NCBI GenBank assembly: GCA_903935335.1
Contig: CAIZRG010000008.1
Span: 23,466-87,465, forward strand
From: Oligoflexia bacterium
GTDB taxonomy: Bacteria > Bdellovibrionota > UBA1018
Length of the DNA stretch: 64,000 nucleotides
Direction: 5' to 3'
Shown: in pieces, positions 25,424-36,044 of the stretch
Position numbering within the stretch: position 1 is the stretch's first letter
How the letters are laid out: every line of letters begins with the position of its first letter
Notes under the pieces: generated by a model
Told to the model about the DNA's origin: nothing
Seen by the model: only the letters and a program-made list of their open reading frames with translations
Database searches by the model: none
Position numbers and translations under genes: made by a program

Positions 25424-26938
25424 CTAAAGAGTGATGACTTTTATCAGCCGAGCCTTGACCAAATCCCAGGGCAAGAGCGATAGGAGCTCAAATAGTCCAG
25501 CACTCACCAAACGGCCTGTGATCATCAGTCGGATCGGTTGGGTAAGATCTCCTAGCTTAACCCCATGCTCACTACAGATTTGCTGCAGGCATCCCTCGAT
25601 ATCGGGAGGCATCCATCCAGCCTGAACTAAAGAAGGAGAATGCCCCCAAGGCAAATCTTGGTCGGACCGATGAAAAGAAGAAACAGACTCCATTTTTTGA
25701 CTCAATATCTCAATCAAATGCTCAATAGCTGGTTGAATCAGCGTTTTAAGATTTGCATCTTTATTCCATTTTAATCCCGTGGAATCGACTTCAATGACTC
25801 CTGGAGTGCAAAGCGGCACAAGTTGTTCTGCCAGCTCTTTGATCAGTTTTACTTTGGATTGAATCAAAATCACGATCTGGCAGCCTAAGGGTGTATTTGC
25901 CCTCAACCAAGCGTCTTTCGAAAAATAATCAGAATAATCTTCTTGGACAATCGAGAGTAATCTTTGTGGAGTCGATTTTCGGATATGAGCTCCATTCAGC
26001 CAAAGAAGCTTCTCCTCATTAAAAACAGCAGAACTCTTTTGGACGTGCTCAAAAGAGAAAAATCGAACCATTTCATCCAGGTCGAAAATCTCTTGATCTC
26101 CATGACTCCAGCCCAGTCGAGCTAAAAAATTTAACAAAGCCTCAGGCAAAAAACCCTGAGCCCGATAAAAATTGGCCGACACAGCTCCATGTCTCTTGGA
26201 TAACTTTTTTTTATCAGGCCCCAGAATCATAGGCAAATGAGCAAATTGTGGAACTGGATAACTGAAAAACTGATATAAATGAACCTGCTTAGGGGTATTA
26301 TTGATATGATCATCACCTCTTAAAATATGAGTCATCTTGGAAAATACATCATCCACGACAACAGATAAATGATAAGTGGGCACTCCGTTTGAACGAATCA
26401 GAACAAAATCATCCAACCCCTCATTTTCAAATTGAATAGGTCCTCGGATAAGATCATGAAACTGAGTCACCCCCTCCAGAGGGATCTTTGCTCGAATCAC
26501 GAACGGTTGATCTTGCCTAGCAGAAAGTTGAAGGTTCCTACACCTCCGATCGTACTGAGGCTTCTTCCCCTCCTGGATCGCCTGCTCTCGCATCTTTTCA
26601 ACTTGAGCTTCTGTGCAATAACAGCGGTAAGCCAAGCCTTTTGAGACTAATTCTTCAGCTTTTTCCCTATAAATTTCAATTCTTTGACTTTGAAATAAGG
26701 GTTCTTGATCCCAGTTTAGACCTAACCACTTCATAGAATCGATAATGTCTTGAGTAAATCGTTCTTCTGAGCGTTGAAGATCGGTATCTTCAATTCTCAA
26801 AAAAAATTGACCCTGCTTTTGTCGAGCAAAAAGCCAATTAAAAAGGGCAACTCGCACACCGCCTATATGCAAAAACCCTGTAGGAGAAGGTGCAAAACGA
26901 ACACAAACGGATCGATCAGAAGAAAAAGATGAAACCAT
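25424..26938 (-). CDS. gltX: Glutamyl-tRNA synthetase
   Basis: HIGH motif in RFAPSPTGFLHIGG and KMSKS motif in KLSKRHG. Start moved to the ATG at 26938 (MVSSFSSDRSVCVRFAPSPTG). The track's 27055 start would overlap the upstream cytochrome gene. Confidence 0.9.
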   Translation of the reverse strand: MVSSFSSDRSVCVRFAPSPTGFLHIGGVRVALFNWLFARQKQGQFFLRIEDTDLQRSEERFTQDIIDSMKWLGLNWDQEPLFQSQRIEIYREKAEELVSKGLAYRCYCTEAQVEKMREQAIQEGKKPQYDRRCRNLQLSARQDQPFVIRAKIPLEGVTQFHDLIRGPIQFENEGLDDFVLIRSNGVPTYHLSVVVDDVFSKMTHILRGDDHINNTPKQVHLYQFFSYPVPQFAHLPMILGPDKKKLSKRHGAVSANFYRAQGFLPEALLNFLARLGWSHGDQEIFDLDEMVRFFSFEHVQKSSAVFNEEKLLWLNGAHIRKSTPQRLLSIVQEDYSDYFSKDAWLRANTPLGCQIVILIQSKVKLIKELAEQLVPLCTPGVIEVDSTGLKWNKDANLKTLIQPAIEHLIEILSQKMESVSSFHRSDQDLPWGHSPSLVQAGWMPPDIEGCLQQICSEHGVKLGDLTQPIRLMITGRLVSAGLFELLSLLPWDLVKARLIKVITL

Positions 26939-26984
26939 AAGACATCTTTTCTCATACCCGATACTCGGTTGTCTAGAGGTACAC

Positions 26985-27866
26985 TTAGAGTCTCTCTGTG
27001 TCAGGATGCATCTGTACAGAATGAGTAGGTTGTCTCCCCTCTCCAGACCCTTCACTTCGATAAGCCTCTAAATACTTCCCAATAGATCTCCAATCTCTCT
27101 CTTTCAGCTTAGAAATCATTTTTACTCCAGTAGGATGTCCAATAGGACGAGGCAAATAAGAACCATTTCCATTAAAAATGCGTGAAATTGAGCCAGAATT
27201 TACTTGAGAATGACAACTCACACAGCTTTGAACAAAAAGCTTTTCCCCACGCATTGCAGCAGGATCTGTCCTTCTTTTTAAGAAAAGATTACTGTACTGA
27301 TCCCGATAGCTCGTGAGTTGAATGGACTGGACATGAGACAAAAAATAACTTTCTAATGGAAGATCTTCCTCTAAAACTTTAGGCTTTGAACTCCAGGGAA
27401 CAATGGAATAAAGATCTTCTTCCTGCTGAGTTGATTTTGGGCTTTTCTTAAAGCCTAATAGCATAGGATACTTACTGATAAAAGCCCGTGGGATTAATGC
27501 TTGATTGATATCACTCTTTAAGACAACTAAGTCCACTTGAGCTCTTTTATCTGACAAAAGTCCTGTCATTCCATCTTCAATGAGCTCAGAGATCAAAACA
27601 CCTTCCCATGGAATGATTTTACCACTCACTGGATCTCTCTCAAAGCTCTTGACCTTCTTGACTCCTTTTAGATGAAGGATCTCAGTGATAGGCCAGTGCT
27701 TGATTTCCTGGTCTAACCCCCCAATATTGAGATGAACTTTGAGATGAAAAGACTCATCAGAATCTTTTGCTTGAACCCCGTGAACACCTAAGAGAGTGAA
27801 AGCCAGGCAGAATGAAGCCCTTAACTTTTTGAGTTTACATGGAAGTTTTCTAGACTTCATCGCCAT
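26985..27866 (-). CDS. Secreted c-type cytochrome domain protein
   Basis: It has a signal peptide (FCLAFTLLGVHGVQA) and a single CXXCH (CVSCH) in the C-terminal third. The N-terminal part vaguely resembles a molybdopterin-oxidoreductase-like fold (IPWEGVLISELI). Confidence 0.65.
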   Translation of the reverse strand: MAMKSRKLPCKLKKLRASFCLAFTLLGVHGVQAKDSDESFHLKVHLNIGGLDQEIKHWPITEILHLKGVKKVKSFERDPVSGKIIPWEGVLISELIEDGMTGLLSDKRAQVDLVVLKSDINQALIPRAFISKYPMLLGFKKSPKSTQQEEDLYSIVPWSSKPKVLEEDLPLESYFLSHVQSIQLTSYRDQYSNLFLKRRTDPAAMRGEKLFVQSCVSCHSQVNSGSISRIFNGNGSYLPRPIGHPTGVKMISKLKERDWRSIGKYLEAYRSEGSGEGRQPTHSVQMHPDTERL

Positions 27867-27902
27867 TGAATCAAAACCCCTTTTTTTATGATACTTCTTT
27901 TT

Positions 27903-27932
27903 TTGACACTGTGACTCTATTCTCAGTATACC
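27903..27932 (+). promoter_or_regulatory. Candidate sigma70-type promoter for rimP-nusA-infB operon (TTGACA-N18-TATACC)
   Basis: Read directly in the divergent intergenic region about 200 nt upstream of rimP. Prediction only. Confidence 0.3.
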
Positions 27933-28135
27933 CGACCCTAAGAAAAGTATATTGGCTTTAACCAGTCCCTATGCTATTAAGAACTTCGGTTTTCAGGTTA
28001 TGCCTTTCAGGTCAAACCCCTGATAAACTAATGATAAGCTAAAACACTCTTTTTTTGGTTCAGCAGGAAAAGTTTAACCTTTGAATTACAACAGTGTGAT
28101 TCATTTCAGGAATTTTTTTCCAGGAATTTTGTTGG

Positions 28136-28894
28136 ATGAGTAGCCTGATATCAACGTTTATTTCTAAAACTGATTCTTCTCAATCGAATTCTGCTTTAGA
28201 TTCAGATTCACATTCTCCTTCATCCTCTCAGGATCAAAAACTCATCGACTTACTTTCCCCTTACGTACAGCCCTTAGGCTACCAGATCATCCATCTCGAG
28301 GTTCAAACTCATCGGCAAAAGGTCTTGAGACTGTACATTGACCACCTCAACCCTCCTCAAAATGGACCTAAAATAGGCTCTAAAATAGGAATCCAAGACT
28401 GTGTTCAAGTATCTCGCGTACTTGACGAAAAACTAGATCAACTGACCGAAATGAATTCATTTTTTCCAGGACCCACAGGATCCTATGAACTCGAGGTTTC
28501 GTCTCCTGGGGCTGACCGACCCTTAAGAAGTCTCAGTGATTTTATTCAATACCTAGGTTTTTTAGTCAGGATTCATGTCTATCGTCCTTTAACTGCAGAT
28601 GAGTTGAATAACTCTACTTACCAAAAGAAAAATCCAAGACAAAAGCACTTTAAAGGAACTTTGGTTGGCCTTCGAGACGAGAAGGTGATATTGCTCGTAT
28701 CTTATTCTCACGAAAAAGATCAAGAAAAAGGACCCCGGACACTAAAACTAAAAAACAAGGCCCAGAAAAAGGCTCGGCCACTTACAAATAGCGAGGAAGG
28801 AAAAGTGGAAATTCCCCTTCCCCTCATATCTAAAGCAAACCTCGAACCGCAGTTTGACTTCGAGGCGAATAATGAAAGAGAGTCGAAGTTATGA
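28136..28894 (+). CDS. rimP: Ribosome maturation factor RimP (with Ser-rich N-terminal and Lys-rich C-terminal extensions)
   Basis: LLSPYVQPLGYQIIHLEV ... LRLYID ... YELEVSSPGADRPL is the RimP core. It lies immediately upstream of nusA with a 4-nt overlap. Confidence 0.85.
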   Translation: MSSLISTFISKTDSSQSNSALDSDSHSPSSSQDQKLIDLLSPYVQPLGYQIIHLEVQTHRQKVLRLYIDHLNPPQNGPKIGSKIGIQDCVQVSRVLDEKLDQLTEMNSFFPGPTGSYELEVSSPGADRPLRSLSDFIQYLGFLVRIHVYRPLTADELNNSTYQKKNPRQKHFKGTLVGLRDEKVILLVSYSHEKDQEKGPRTLKLKNKAQKKARPLTNSEEGKVEIPLPLISKANLEPQFDFEANNERESKL

Positions 28895-30327
28895 ATCCCT
28901 CTGAACAACGCAAGGGTGACCTACGCAGGGTGATTGAAACGGTTGGAAAAGATCGTGGAATCAAAAAAGAAATTATTATTAGTGCGCTTGAACAGGCAGT
29001 TCTGATGGCAGCACAAAAGAAGCTAGGTGGAACAACTGTTCTTGAGGCTCACTACAATGGTGACTCAGGAGAAATTGATCTCTTTCAGTTTAAAAAAGTA
29101 GTTCAAAGTGAACCTGAAATGCTTGATGAAGTCGAAGAAATTGAAATTCAGGAAGCTCGCAAACTCGATCCAGAGGCAGTCATTGGTGATGAACTTGGAA
29201 TCAAGGTAGAAGGTACTGGTTTTGGCAGGATCGATGCCCAAACGGCCAAGCAGGTTATTTTCCAAAAAATCCGTGATGCTGAAAGAGAAATTATTTATAA
29301 TGAATATGTTCATCGTAAAGGTGAAATTATTACAGGCATTGCTCGAAGAATTGAACGGGGTAACCTGGTCATTGATCTAGGAAAAACGGATGCTCTCCTT
29401 CCACGAACAGAGATTATGCCAGGAGAACAATTCAAGTTGGGTGATCGAGTACAAGCTTATTTAGCTGATGTCACCCTAACCCCTCGTGGACCCCAACTTT
29501 ATTTAACCCGAACTTCTCCTAAATATCTCATGAAACTATTCGAAGTAGAAGTCCCTGAGATTCGGGAAGGGATTGTTGAAATTAAGCTCTGTGCTCGTGA
29601 ACCGGGGGCTCGCTCTAAAATATCAGTTGCCTCCAAGGACCGAGATGTTGATCCAGTCGGAGCATGTGTTGGTATGAAGGGGATTCGCGTTCAAAATGTT
29701 ATTCAGGAACTCAAGGGTGAAAAAATTGATATTATCCCTTGGTCAGATAACCCAGTGATCTTTGTTCGATCTGCTCTTGCCCCAGCCGAAATTTCTTCGG
29801 TTCGAATGGATGAGAGAAACCGCACTATGGAAATCATGGTTGAAGATGACCAGCTTTCGCTTGCGATTGGACGAAAAGGACAAAATGTTCGTTTGGCAGC
29901 TCAACTGACGGGATGGAGACTGGACATTATTTCAAAGTCTAAGTTACAAAAACGTACTTCAGAAGCCATCTTTAATCTCCAGCATATTGAAAGTGTCAAT
30001 GAAACGATGGCACAAGCCATTTACCAAGCAGGCTTCTTAAATGCTCGCCAGGTGGCTGAAACTTCTATCGAAAGCCTCCAAAAAATTCCAGGATATGATT
30101 CTTTGGATTTAGCAACCTCCTTAAAGGAGAGAGCTGGGTCAGTGATTGAAAAAGCAGGAGATCTGTTGACAGTAGGAACCCTGAATGATGACGGAAAGGG
30201 TACTTTTACAGCTCAACCCGTGACATTAAAAGACGCAAAAACACTTGCAGAAGAACGCCTCCGTGAGATGATGCGCCAAGTTGGATCTACTGAAATAGCT
30301 AACGGAAAAAAAGATAAGTCGGAATAA
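28891..30327 (+). CDS. nusA: Transcription termination/antitermination factor NusA
   Basis: It has an N-terminal domain, an S1 domain (GEIITGIARRIERGNLVIDLG) and KH domains (GACVGMKGIRVQNVIQEL; LAIGRKGQNVRLAAQLTGW). Confidence 0.95.
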   Translation: MNPSEQRKGDLRRVIETVGKDRGIKKEIIISALEQAVLMAAQKKLGGTTVLEAHYNGDSGEIDLFQFKKVVQSEPEMLDEVEEIEIQEARKLDPEAVIGDELGIKVEGTGFGRIDAQTAKQVIFQKIRDAEREIIYNEYVHRKGEIITGIARRIERGNLVIDLGKTDALLPRTEIMPGEQFKLGDRVQAYLADVTLTPRGPQLYLTRTSPKYLMKLFEVEVPEIREGIVEIKLCAREPGARSKISVASKDRDVDPVGACVGMKGIRVQNVIQELKGEKIDIIPWSDNPVIFVRSALAPAEISSVRMDERNRTMEIMVEDDQLSLAIGRKGQNVRLAAQLTGWRLDIISKSKLQKRTSEAIFNLQHIESVNETMAQAIYQAGFLNARQVAETSIESLQKIPGYDSLDLATSLKERAGSVIEKAGDLLTVGTLNDDGKGTFTAQPVTLKDAKTLAEERLREMMRQVGSTEIANGKKDKSE

Positions 30328-30367
30328 TCGAATGCCAAATATGGGATGGATCGAGGGAGACAGTCGA

Positions 30368-33265
30368 ATGTCAGAGCAGGAAATGGTCAAAGTCTATGAA
30401 CTAGCAAAAGAACTGGGAATAGATTCCATCTCCTTATTAGATAAACTCAAGGGCCTAAATATTAAGGTCAAAAACCATATGAGTGAGCTTCGAACAGAAG
30501 AGGTCCAAGTTGCACGCTCTTCTCTTCGAAAAAATTCTGATAACGGTAAATCGAATAAAAAATCTGCCGCTAAAGTTCGAAAGAAAACAAGTGAATCGAG
30601 CCCTCCTCATGCATCGACTCCTACAGATGCTCAACCTTCAGAAAAGAAATCAGCTTCTCCGATCATTCGACGTAGAGTAAAGCCAGACGGTGGATTAGAA
30701 GTAGGCCACACCTCTACTGTAATCAGGCAAGGTGCGTCTTCTCAACCTGACTGGATTGTAGAAACAAAGCCCACTGAAGAAGAAGGCTCTAAACTTGAAC
30801 AGGGGTCAGATCAGTCTACAGCAGAACCTGAGAGTCATGAACCATTGACTGAATCCACTGAATCCAACAAAGAAATCATGGAACCTGAAACCCAAAATTC
30901 ATTGGAACAGACTGATAAGACCTCTCCTTCGACTGAATCTCACTTTTCAAATTCTTCAACTTTATCTCAATCAGCGAGTGAGAACCCTATTCACACCACT
31001 CGACCTCAAAATGAAACTGAAGTAAAAATGCATACTGCGACTACTTCACCGGCTAGTTCAACACCTTCTGATTTGACTCCGAATACAAAAATCACTCCGA
31101 TAGCAAAAACTCGTCCACCAGTCGTTTTAACTCCACGACCGGTTGCTCCTAGAAAAAGCATTCTGAAAATTGTGGAAGCTGCCGCACCTCCTCCTAGACC
31201 TATTATTAAGCCTGCCCCTACTACTACAGCAGCACCCAGCCATCCCGGCAAATCTCCCATGAAGGGCACTACGACCACTCAGGATAAAGACGGATTTCGA
31301 ATTATTAAAATGACTAAGGAGAACCTCGATCAGATGGTCGAGGAAGAGGCAGCTAAAAAACGTGGAGTAGGCCGTGAACTAGAAATTCGACCTGAAGATG
31401 TTCGTTTTGCAGACTACCGAAAAAAAGAACTCGTCTTTTTGCCTAAGAAAAAGAAAATCCCCTTAGGAAAGGAAATCAAAAAGACTCAAAAGACTCTTGC
31501 AAAAGCCCAAAAACGAATCGTGACATTTCAAGACTCCATGAGTGTACAAGACCTAGCAAACCAGCTCAGTGTAAAAGCGACAGATGTGATTCGCAAACTC
31601 ATGGGCATGGGCCAAATGACAACAATCAATCAAGCTTTAGACTTTGATACAACCTCACTGATTGCAAACGAATACCAATATGAAGTCAAAAATGTCACAT
31701 TCGACGAACAATCTCTTTTTGGTTCCGAAGAAGATGCAGCAGCGACCTTAAAATCGAGACCTCCTGTAGTGACCATTATGGGACATGTTGACCATGGGAA
31801 AACCACGCTTTTAGATTCGATTCGAGAAGCCAACGTCGCAGGAAAGGAAGCTGGCGGAATCACTCAGCATATTGGAGCTTATACGGTTGAAAAAAATGGT
31901 AAGCTCATTACTTTTATTGATACACCAGGCCACGAGGCTTTCACAGTGATGCGCTCACGTGGGGCTCATGTAACAGACATTGTCATTCTGGTTGTATCTG
32001 CTGATGATGGGGTTATGCCACAAACAAGAGAGGCAATTAGCCATGCCCAAGCTGCAAAGGTTCCCATCATTGTTGCTGTGAACAAGATTGACAAGCCTGG
32101 GGCTAACCCTGAAAAAATTAAGCAATCACTTGCTGATCTGAATCTTTTAGCTGAAGACTGGGGTGGCGAAACCATTTTTGTCCCTGTTTCAGCTTTGAAA
32201 AAAACAAATTTAGATCAATTACTTGACTCTGTCCTTTTACAGGCTGAAGTCCTGGACTTAAAGGCCAATCCAGATGCCTTAGCCCGAGGAACTGTCTTAG
32301 AAGCACGGTTAGAAAAAGGACGAGGATCTGTAGTCAATGTGCTCATTAATCGCGGCACCCTGCGAGTAGGAGATCCGATTGTTTCAGGAGCTTTCTCAGG
32401 GAAAGTAAAAGCACTCACAGATGATCGAGGCCATCCGGTGGAATCCGTCTCTCCTGGAATTGCTGCTGAAGTTTTAGGATTTGAGGGTCTCCCCAGCGCA
32501 GGAGAAATATTCAATGCAACCGAAGCTGAATCGGATGCTCGTCATATTGCCTCAAATCGAATCGATAAAACGAGGGCTAAAATTTCAGGGGCTCAAGAAA
32601 AAATGAGTCTTGAAGAGCTTTTTTCAAAAATCCAAACGGGAGACATGAAGGAACTTAATGTCATCCTCAAGGCCGATGCTTTTGGCTCTGTAGAAGCGAT
32701 CCGGGATAGCTTGCTCAAACTTTCAACTGAAAAAGTGAAAATCAAAATCCTTCTAGCTGCTCCAGGTGGAATCACAGAAAGTGATGTCCTCTTAGCAAGT
32801 GCATCCAATGCAATCATCATTGGATTTAATATTCGTCCAGAAACCAAAGCTCGCCAGGTCGCAGAATCCGAAAACATTCAGATCAAGTGCTACAGTATTA
32901 TTTATGAACTCCTGGATGACGTCAAAAAGGCAATGACTGGGCTTTTGGATAAGAAAAAAATTGAGAAGTTCTTGGGAAGGGCAGAAGTTCGTCAAACTTT
33001 CTCCGTTCCAAAAATTGGAACTATTGCAGGTTCTTCTGTCATTGACGGTAAGATTATTCGGGGAGCCAATGTACGTCTTCTCAGAGAGAGTAGAATTATT
33101 TTTGAAGGAAAAATGTCATCTCTCAGACGATTCAAAGACGATGCAAAAGAAGTAGCAACCGGATTTGAATGCGGAATCGGTATTGAAAACTATCAAGACT
33201 TAAAGACAGGCGATATTATTGAGGCTTTTCAAATTGAATTTGTCACTCCAGAAATGGAAACCTAG
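30368..33265 (+). CDS. infB: Translation initiation factor IF-2
   Basis: G domain [25 protein letters not shown] prefer the ATG at 30368 ([23 protein letters not shown] upstream) over the track's 30332. It has a long low-complexity P/S/T-rich N-terminal region. Confidence 0.95.
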   Translation: MSEQEMVKVYELAKELGIDSISLLDKLKGLNIKVKNHMSELRTEEVQVARSSLRKNSDNGKSNKKSAAKVRKKTSESSPPHASTPTDAQPSEKKSASPIIRRRVKPDGGLEVGHTSTVIRQGASSQPDWIVETKPTEEEGSKLEQGSDQSTAEPESHEPLTESTESNKEIMEPETQNSLEQTDKTSPSTESHFSNSSTLSQSASENPIHTTRPQNETEVKMHTATTSPASSTPSDLTPNTKITPIAKTRPPVVLTPRPVAPRKSILKIVEAAAPPPRPIIKPAPTTTAAPSHPGKSPMKGTTTTQDKDGFRIIKMTKENLDQMVEEEAAKKRGVGRELEIRPEDVRFADYRKKELVFLPKKKKIPLGKEIKKTQKTLAKAQKRIVTFQDSMSVQDLANQLSVKATDVIRKLMGMGQMTTINQALDFDTTSLIANEYQYEVKNVTFDEQSLFGSEEDAAATLKSRPPVVTIMGHVDHGKTTLLDSIREANVAGKEAGGITQHIGAYTVEKNGKLITFIDTPGHEAFTVMRSRGAHVTDIVILVVSADDGVMPQTREAISHAQAAKVPIIVAVNKIDKPGANPEKIKQSLADLNLLAEDWGGETIFVPVSALKKTNLDQLLDSVLLQAEVLDLKANPDALARGTVLEARLEKGRGSVVNVLINRGTLRVGDPIVSGAFSGKVKALTDDRGHPVESVSPGIAAEVLGFEGLPSAGEIFNATEAESDARHIASNRIDKTRAKISGAQEKMSLEELFSKIQTGDMKELNVILKADAFGSVEAIRDSLLKLSTEKVKIKILLAAPGGITESDVLLASASNAIIIGFNIRPETKARQVAESENIQIKCYSIIYELLDDVKKAMTGLLDKKKIEKFLGRAEVRQTFSVPKIGTIAGSSVIDGKIIRGANVRLLRESRIIFEGKMSSLRRFKDDAKEVATGFECGIGIENYQDLKTGDIIEAFQIEFVTPEMET

Positions 33266-33284
33266 ATCTGAAAGTAGATGAAGT

Positions 33285-33677
33285 ATGCAAACCACTCGAA
33301 GATTAAGGTTACAAGGGGTCATTCAAGAAGAACTCTCTCAAGTTGTTCCAAGAGAAGTCAAAGACCCACGAGTCCCAGCCGTTACATTCACTGCTGTTGA
33401 GGTGAGTCCTGATGGAAGCCATGCTACAATTTTTGTAACCATCTTGGGAGGGCCCCAAGGAGGACATGATGGAGCTCCTCCTCTGTCTGAAGCAGGAAGT
33501 GAACTCAGAATGAAAGACTGTATTGCAGGACTGACATCTGCTTCTGGTTTTTTACGCCGACACCTTGCCAAGGTCTTAAATGTTAGGCATATTCCTTCGC
33601 TTATTTTTCGGGAGGATCTAGGACTGGAGCATGCTACACGGATCCATGAGCTTTTAAAGCAAATTTCCTCCTCATGA
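33285..33677 (+). CDS. rbfA: Ribosome-binding factor A
   Basis: The position after infB and the motifs EVKDPR ... VEVSPDGSHATIFV are typical of RbfA. Confidence 0.85.
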   Translation: MQTTRRLRLQGVIQEELSQVVPREVKDPRVPAVTFTAVEVSPDGSHATIFVTILGGPQGGHDGAPPLSEAGSELRMKDCIAGLTSASGFLRRHLAKVLNVRHIPSLIFREDLGLEHATRIHELLKQISSS

Positions 33678-34621
33678 ACTCTACTCTTTTGAATGGAGCT
33701 CTTCTGATTGATAAACCCGAAAGCATCAGCTCCTTTGGTGTCATCGAATTTATTCAAAAACAATGGCAATTTCAGACCGGGTTGAAAAAAAAAGACTTAC
33801 CTAAACTTGGACACGGAGGCACACTGGATCCTTTTGCTACGGGTCTTTTGATTATTCTAGTAGGAAAAGCTGTAAAACTGGCTCGGTATTTTCTTAGCTC
33901 AACTAAATCTTATGAAGGCTGGATCCGATTTGGAGAAACCACACTTCCTGGAGACCCCACTGCTCCTATTTCTGAGCGCTGCTCTCACCTCCCCTCCTCT
34001 ATTGAAAGTCTTCGCAAACTTGCTCATGATCTGACACAGACCTCTTATTTTCAAACGCCTCCGATGTATTCAGCTAAGAAAAAAGACGGCAAGCGGCTCT
34101 ACCAATTGGCCCGAGCAGGGATTGAAGTAGAAAGAGAACCTCAACTTTGTTCTCTTGATGAATTTAAAATTGAAAACTATAACCCTCCAGAAGCTTTCTT
34201 CGAACTCACCTGTAGTGCAGGCACCTATGTTCGCACCCTTTCCCAAGATTTTGGGAAAAAATTAGGCACTGTTGCTCTTCTTGCCTCACTTCGGAGAACT
34301 GCTTGTGGAAATTTTCGGTTACACCAAAGCTTGAGTCTTAAAAAAATTATTGAAGCAGAAAACTGGGATCAGCTTCCCTGCTGGATTCCCTTTGATCGTC
34401 TTTTGGAAGGTTACTCTCGTGTAGAGGTTACACCCGATGAGCGAGAAGCTCTGATTCACGGAAAACAAAAAGTCCTTCTGAATCTTCTACCTAGAAGACA
34501 ACCTCAAACTTCACAAAAGGTTCACTCAGAAAATCTGATGACCCTTTTTTGCAATGGCTCTCTCATAGCGTTAGCTAGGAAAGAACCCCAAGGCTGGAGC
34601 CTTGAACGAGTCTTCCATTAA
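33674..34621 (+). CDS. truB: tRNA pseudouridine-55 synthase
   Basis: Catalytic motif GHGGTLDPFATGLL, with an ATGA overlap with rbfA. Confidence 0.9.
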   Translation: MNSTLLNGALLIDKPESISSFGVIEFIQKQWQFQTGLKKKDLPKLGHGGTLDPFATGLLIILVGKAVKLARYFLSSTKSYEGWIRFGETTLPGDPTAPISERCSHLPSSIESLRKLAHDLTQTSYFQTPPMYSAKKKDGKRLYQLARAGIEVEREPQLCSLDEFKIENYNPPEAFFELTCSAGTYVRTLSQDFGKKLGTVALLASLRRTACGNFRLHQSLSLKKIIEAENWDQLPCWIPFDRLLEGYSRVEVTPDEREALIHGKQKVLLNLLPRRQPQTSQKVHSENLMTLFCNGSLIALARKEPQGWSLERVFH

Positions 34622-34899
34622 AACTTCAGTTTTTAGTGTGACTCGTTTTTTCGAACAATTCTGCTTGTTCTTTTGAGCCCTTACTTCAAAAAAATAATCT
34701 AGATATCCATAGTTTTCATAAACATTTATTAACAATTTTAAATATTTTTAATTTTATTTATTTAAGTTAATTTTTTGATCCATTTTTTTAATAAAAAACT
34801 AGACATTTTAAATTCTATAAAATATATAAAAATTTAAAAGTTATTTATATTTTTTTAAATTATTATAGTTAATGACTAAACGGAATTATAGGTGTTTTA

Positions 34900-36036
34900 A
34901 TGAAAAAATTATTTCTTATATTTAGCATGATCTTAAATTTAGTTTATCTAGAAGCTAATTCAGTTGCCGTTCTTAGTGATGACATTGAAATTGACACAGT
35001 GAACGAACTGGAATCAATAACTACTCCTACTACTCCCATAAAGCAAAGCACCCCCCCCTCCTTTGAAACTCCTAGCAAGAATCCAAACGAATTAACTCCG
35101 CAATCTCAAGAAAAACTCAAAAAAAGGGAGCGCTGGAGTTACGAAACAATACCAACTGTTGTTTTAAAATTTGCTGAGAACCAATGGAACAAACATGAGA
35201 CTCAAATATTATTTTTTTTCAGTGAAGAAAATAGAAAAAACTTAGAGAAACAAAATTTTGAAATCAAAACATTAAGCGATGAAATAGATTATCTTAACTT
35301 AGAACTGGAAAGCATAAAAAAAAGATTAAATTCAAATAAATTAATTGATGACGATTTTAAGATGCAAGAGCAGCAACTTAAGTCAATCAAGAAACAGATA
35401 AGAAGCAAAAAAATAATTCCTGATGAAATAACAAATAGCACAACAAAAGATTTACTCGCTAGAGATAATCTTATGAAAAAAATAAAAATAGTAGCATTAA
35501 AAAGAAAAAATTTAGTTCATTTAGTCCAAACTAAACCGCAAGATATTACGTTTGATTTTTATCTAGATAATTTAATTCATGACCCAGCACATAGAAGCGT
35601 AAGAACGATCCATAGTTCACCATCCTTTGATAGCAAACCCGCTAACAGCGCTATTGAATCGCAGTCACTTCAAGAGCTATTTGCTATCATTAGAGCGGTA
35701 GAAACAAAAAAAATCTTAGGCCCAATTGTAAGAGGCCCCAGGGAGATTGAATTTTATGACCTAAGCACTGGAAATCCAATTGATGTAAAGCGACATATAA
35801 ACAAACCAGCAAAAGAAGAACCTATCATTGGTTTTATTGAACGAACTATTATTAAACAAATAAAAAAGAAAAATTTAAACTTTTTCTCTAATGAAGAGGT
35901 CTTTACAACGGTTCTTCTTGATGTTGGAGTTACTAAGGGTAAAAATTACAATGAATTCTTAATTGAGTTAAAAAATCATCCAGATTTTTCTGAACTCCAA
36001 AACTATATTATTCTTGTAAATCCTGAAGGGGATTAA
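34900..36036 (+). CDS. Hypothetical secreted protein (signal peptide, P/T-rich linker, coiled-coil, C-terminal globular part) in AT-rich insertion
   Basis: 378-aa ORF with a visibly Lys/Asn/Ile-rich composition. N-terminus MKKLFLIFSMILNLVYLEANS. No recognisable catalytic motif. Confidence 0.6.
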   Translation: MKKLFLIFSMILNLVYLEANSVAVLSDDIEIDTVNELESITTPTTPIKQSTPPSFETPSKNPNELTPQSQEKLKKRERWSYETIPTVVLKFAENQWNKHETQILFFFSEENRKNLEKQNFEIKTLSDEIDYLNLELESIKKRLNSNKLIDDDFKMQEQQLKSIKKQIRSKKIIPDEITNSTTKDLLARDNLMKKIKIVALKRKNLVHLVQTKPQDITFDFYLDNLIHDPAHRSVRTIHSSPSFDSKPANSAIESQSLQELFAIIRAVETKKILGPIVRGPREIEFYDLSTGNPIDVKRHINKPAKEEPIIGFIERTIIKQIKKKNLNFFSNEEVFTTVLLDVGVTKGKNYNEFLIELKNHPDFSELQNYIILVNPEGD

Positions 36037-36044
36037 AAAATGAT

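Noticed and set aside
26939-27055. N-terminal 39-codon extension of gltX as given in the track
   Set aside because: It overlaps the 3' end of the cytochrome c gene (stop at 26985). The residues MKGLERGDNLL... have no GluRS counterpart, and MVSSFSSDRSVCVRFAPSPTG is a normal start.
30483-33155. Many short sense/antisense ORFs inside infB (e.g. 31006..31278, 32215..32514, 32593..32877)
   Set aside because: They lie entirely within a confidently identified IF-2 gene. Their biased low-complexity products are typical of alternative frames.
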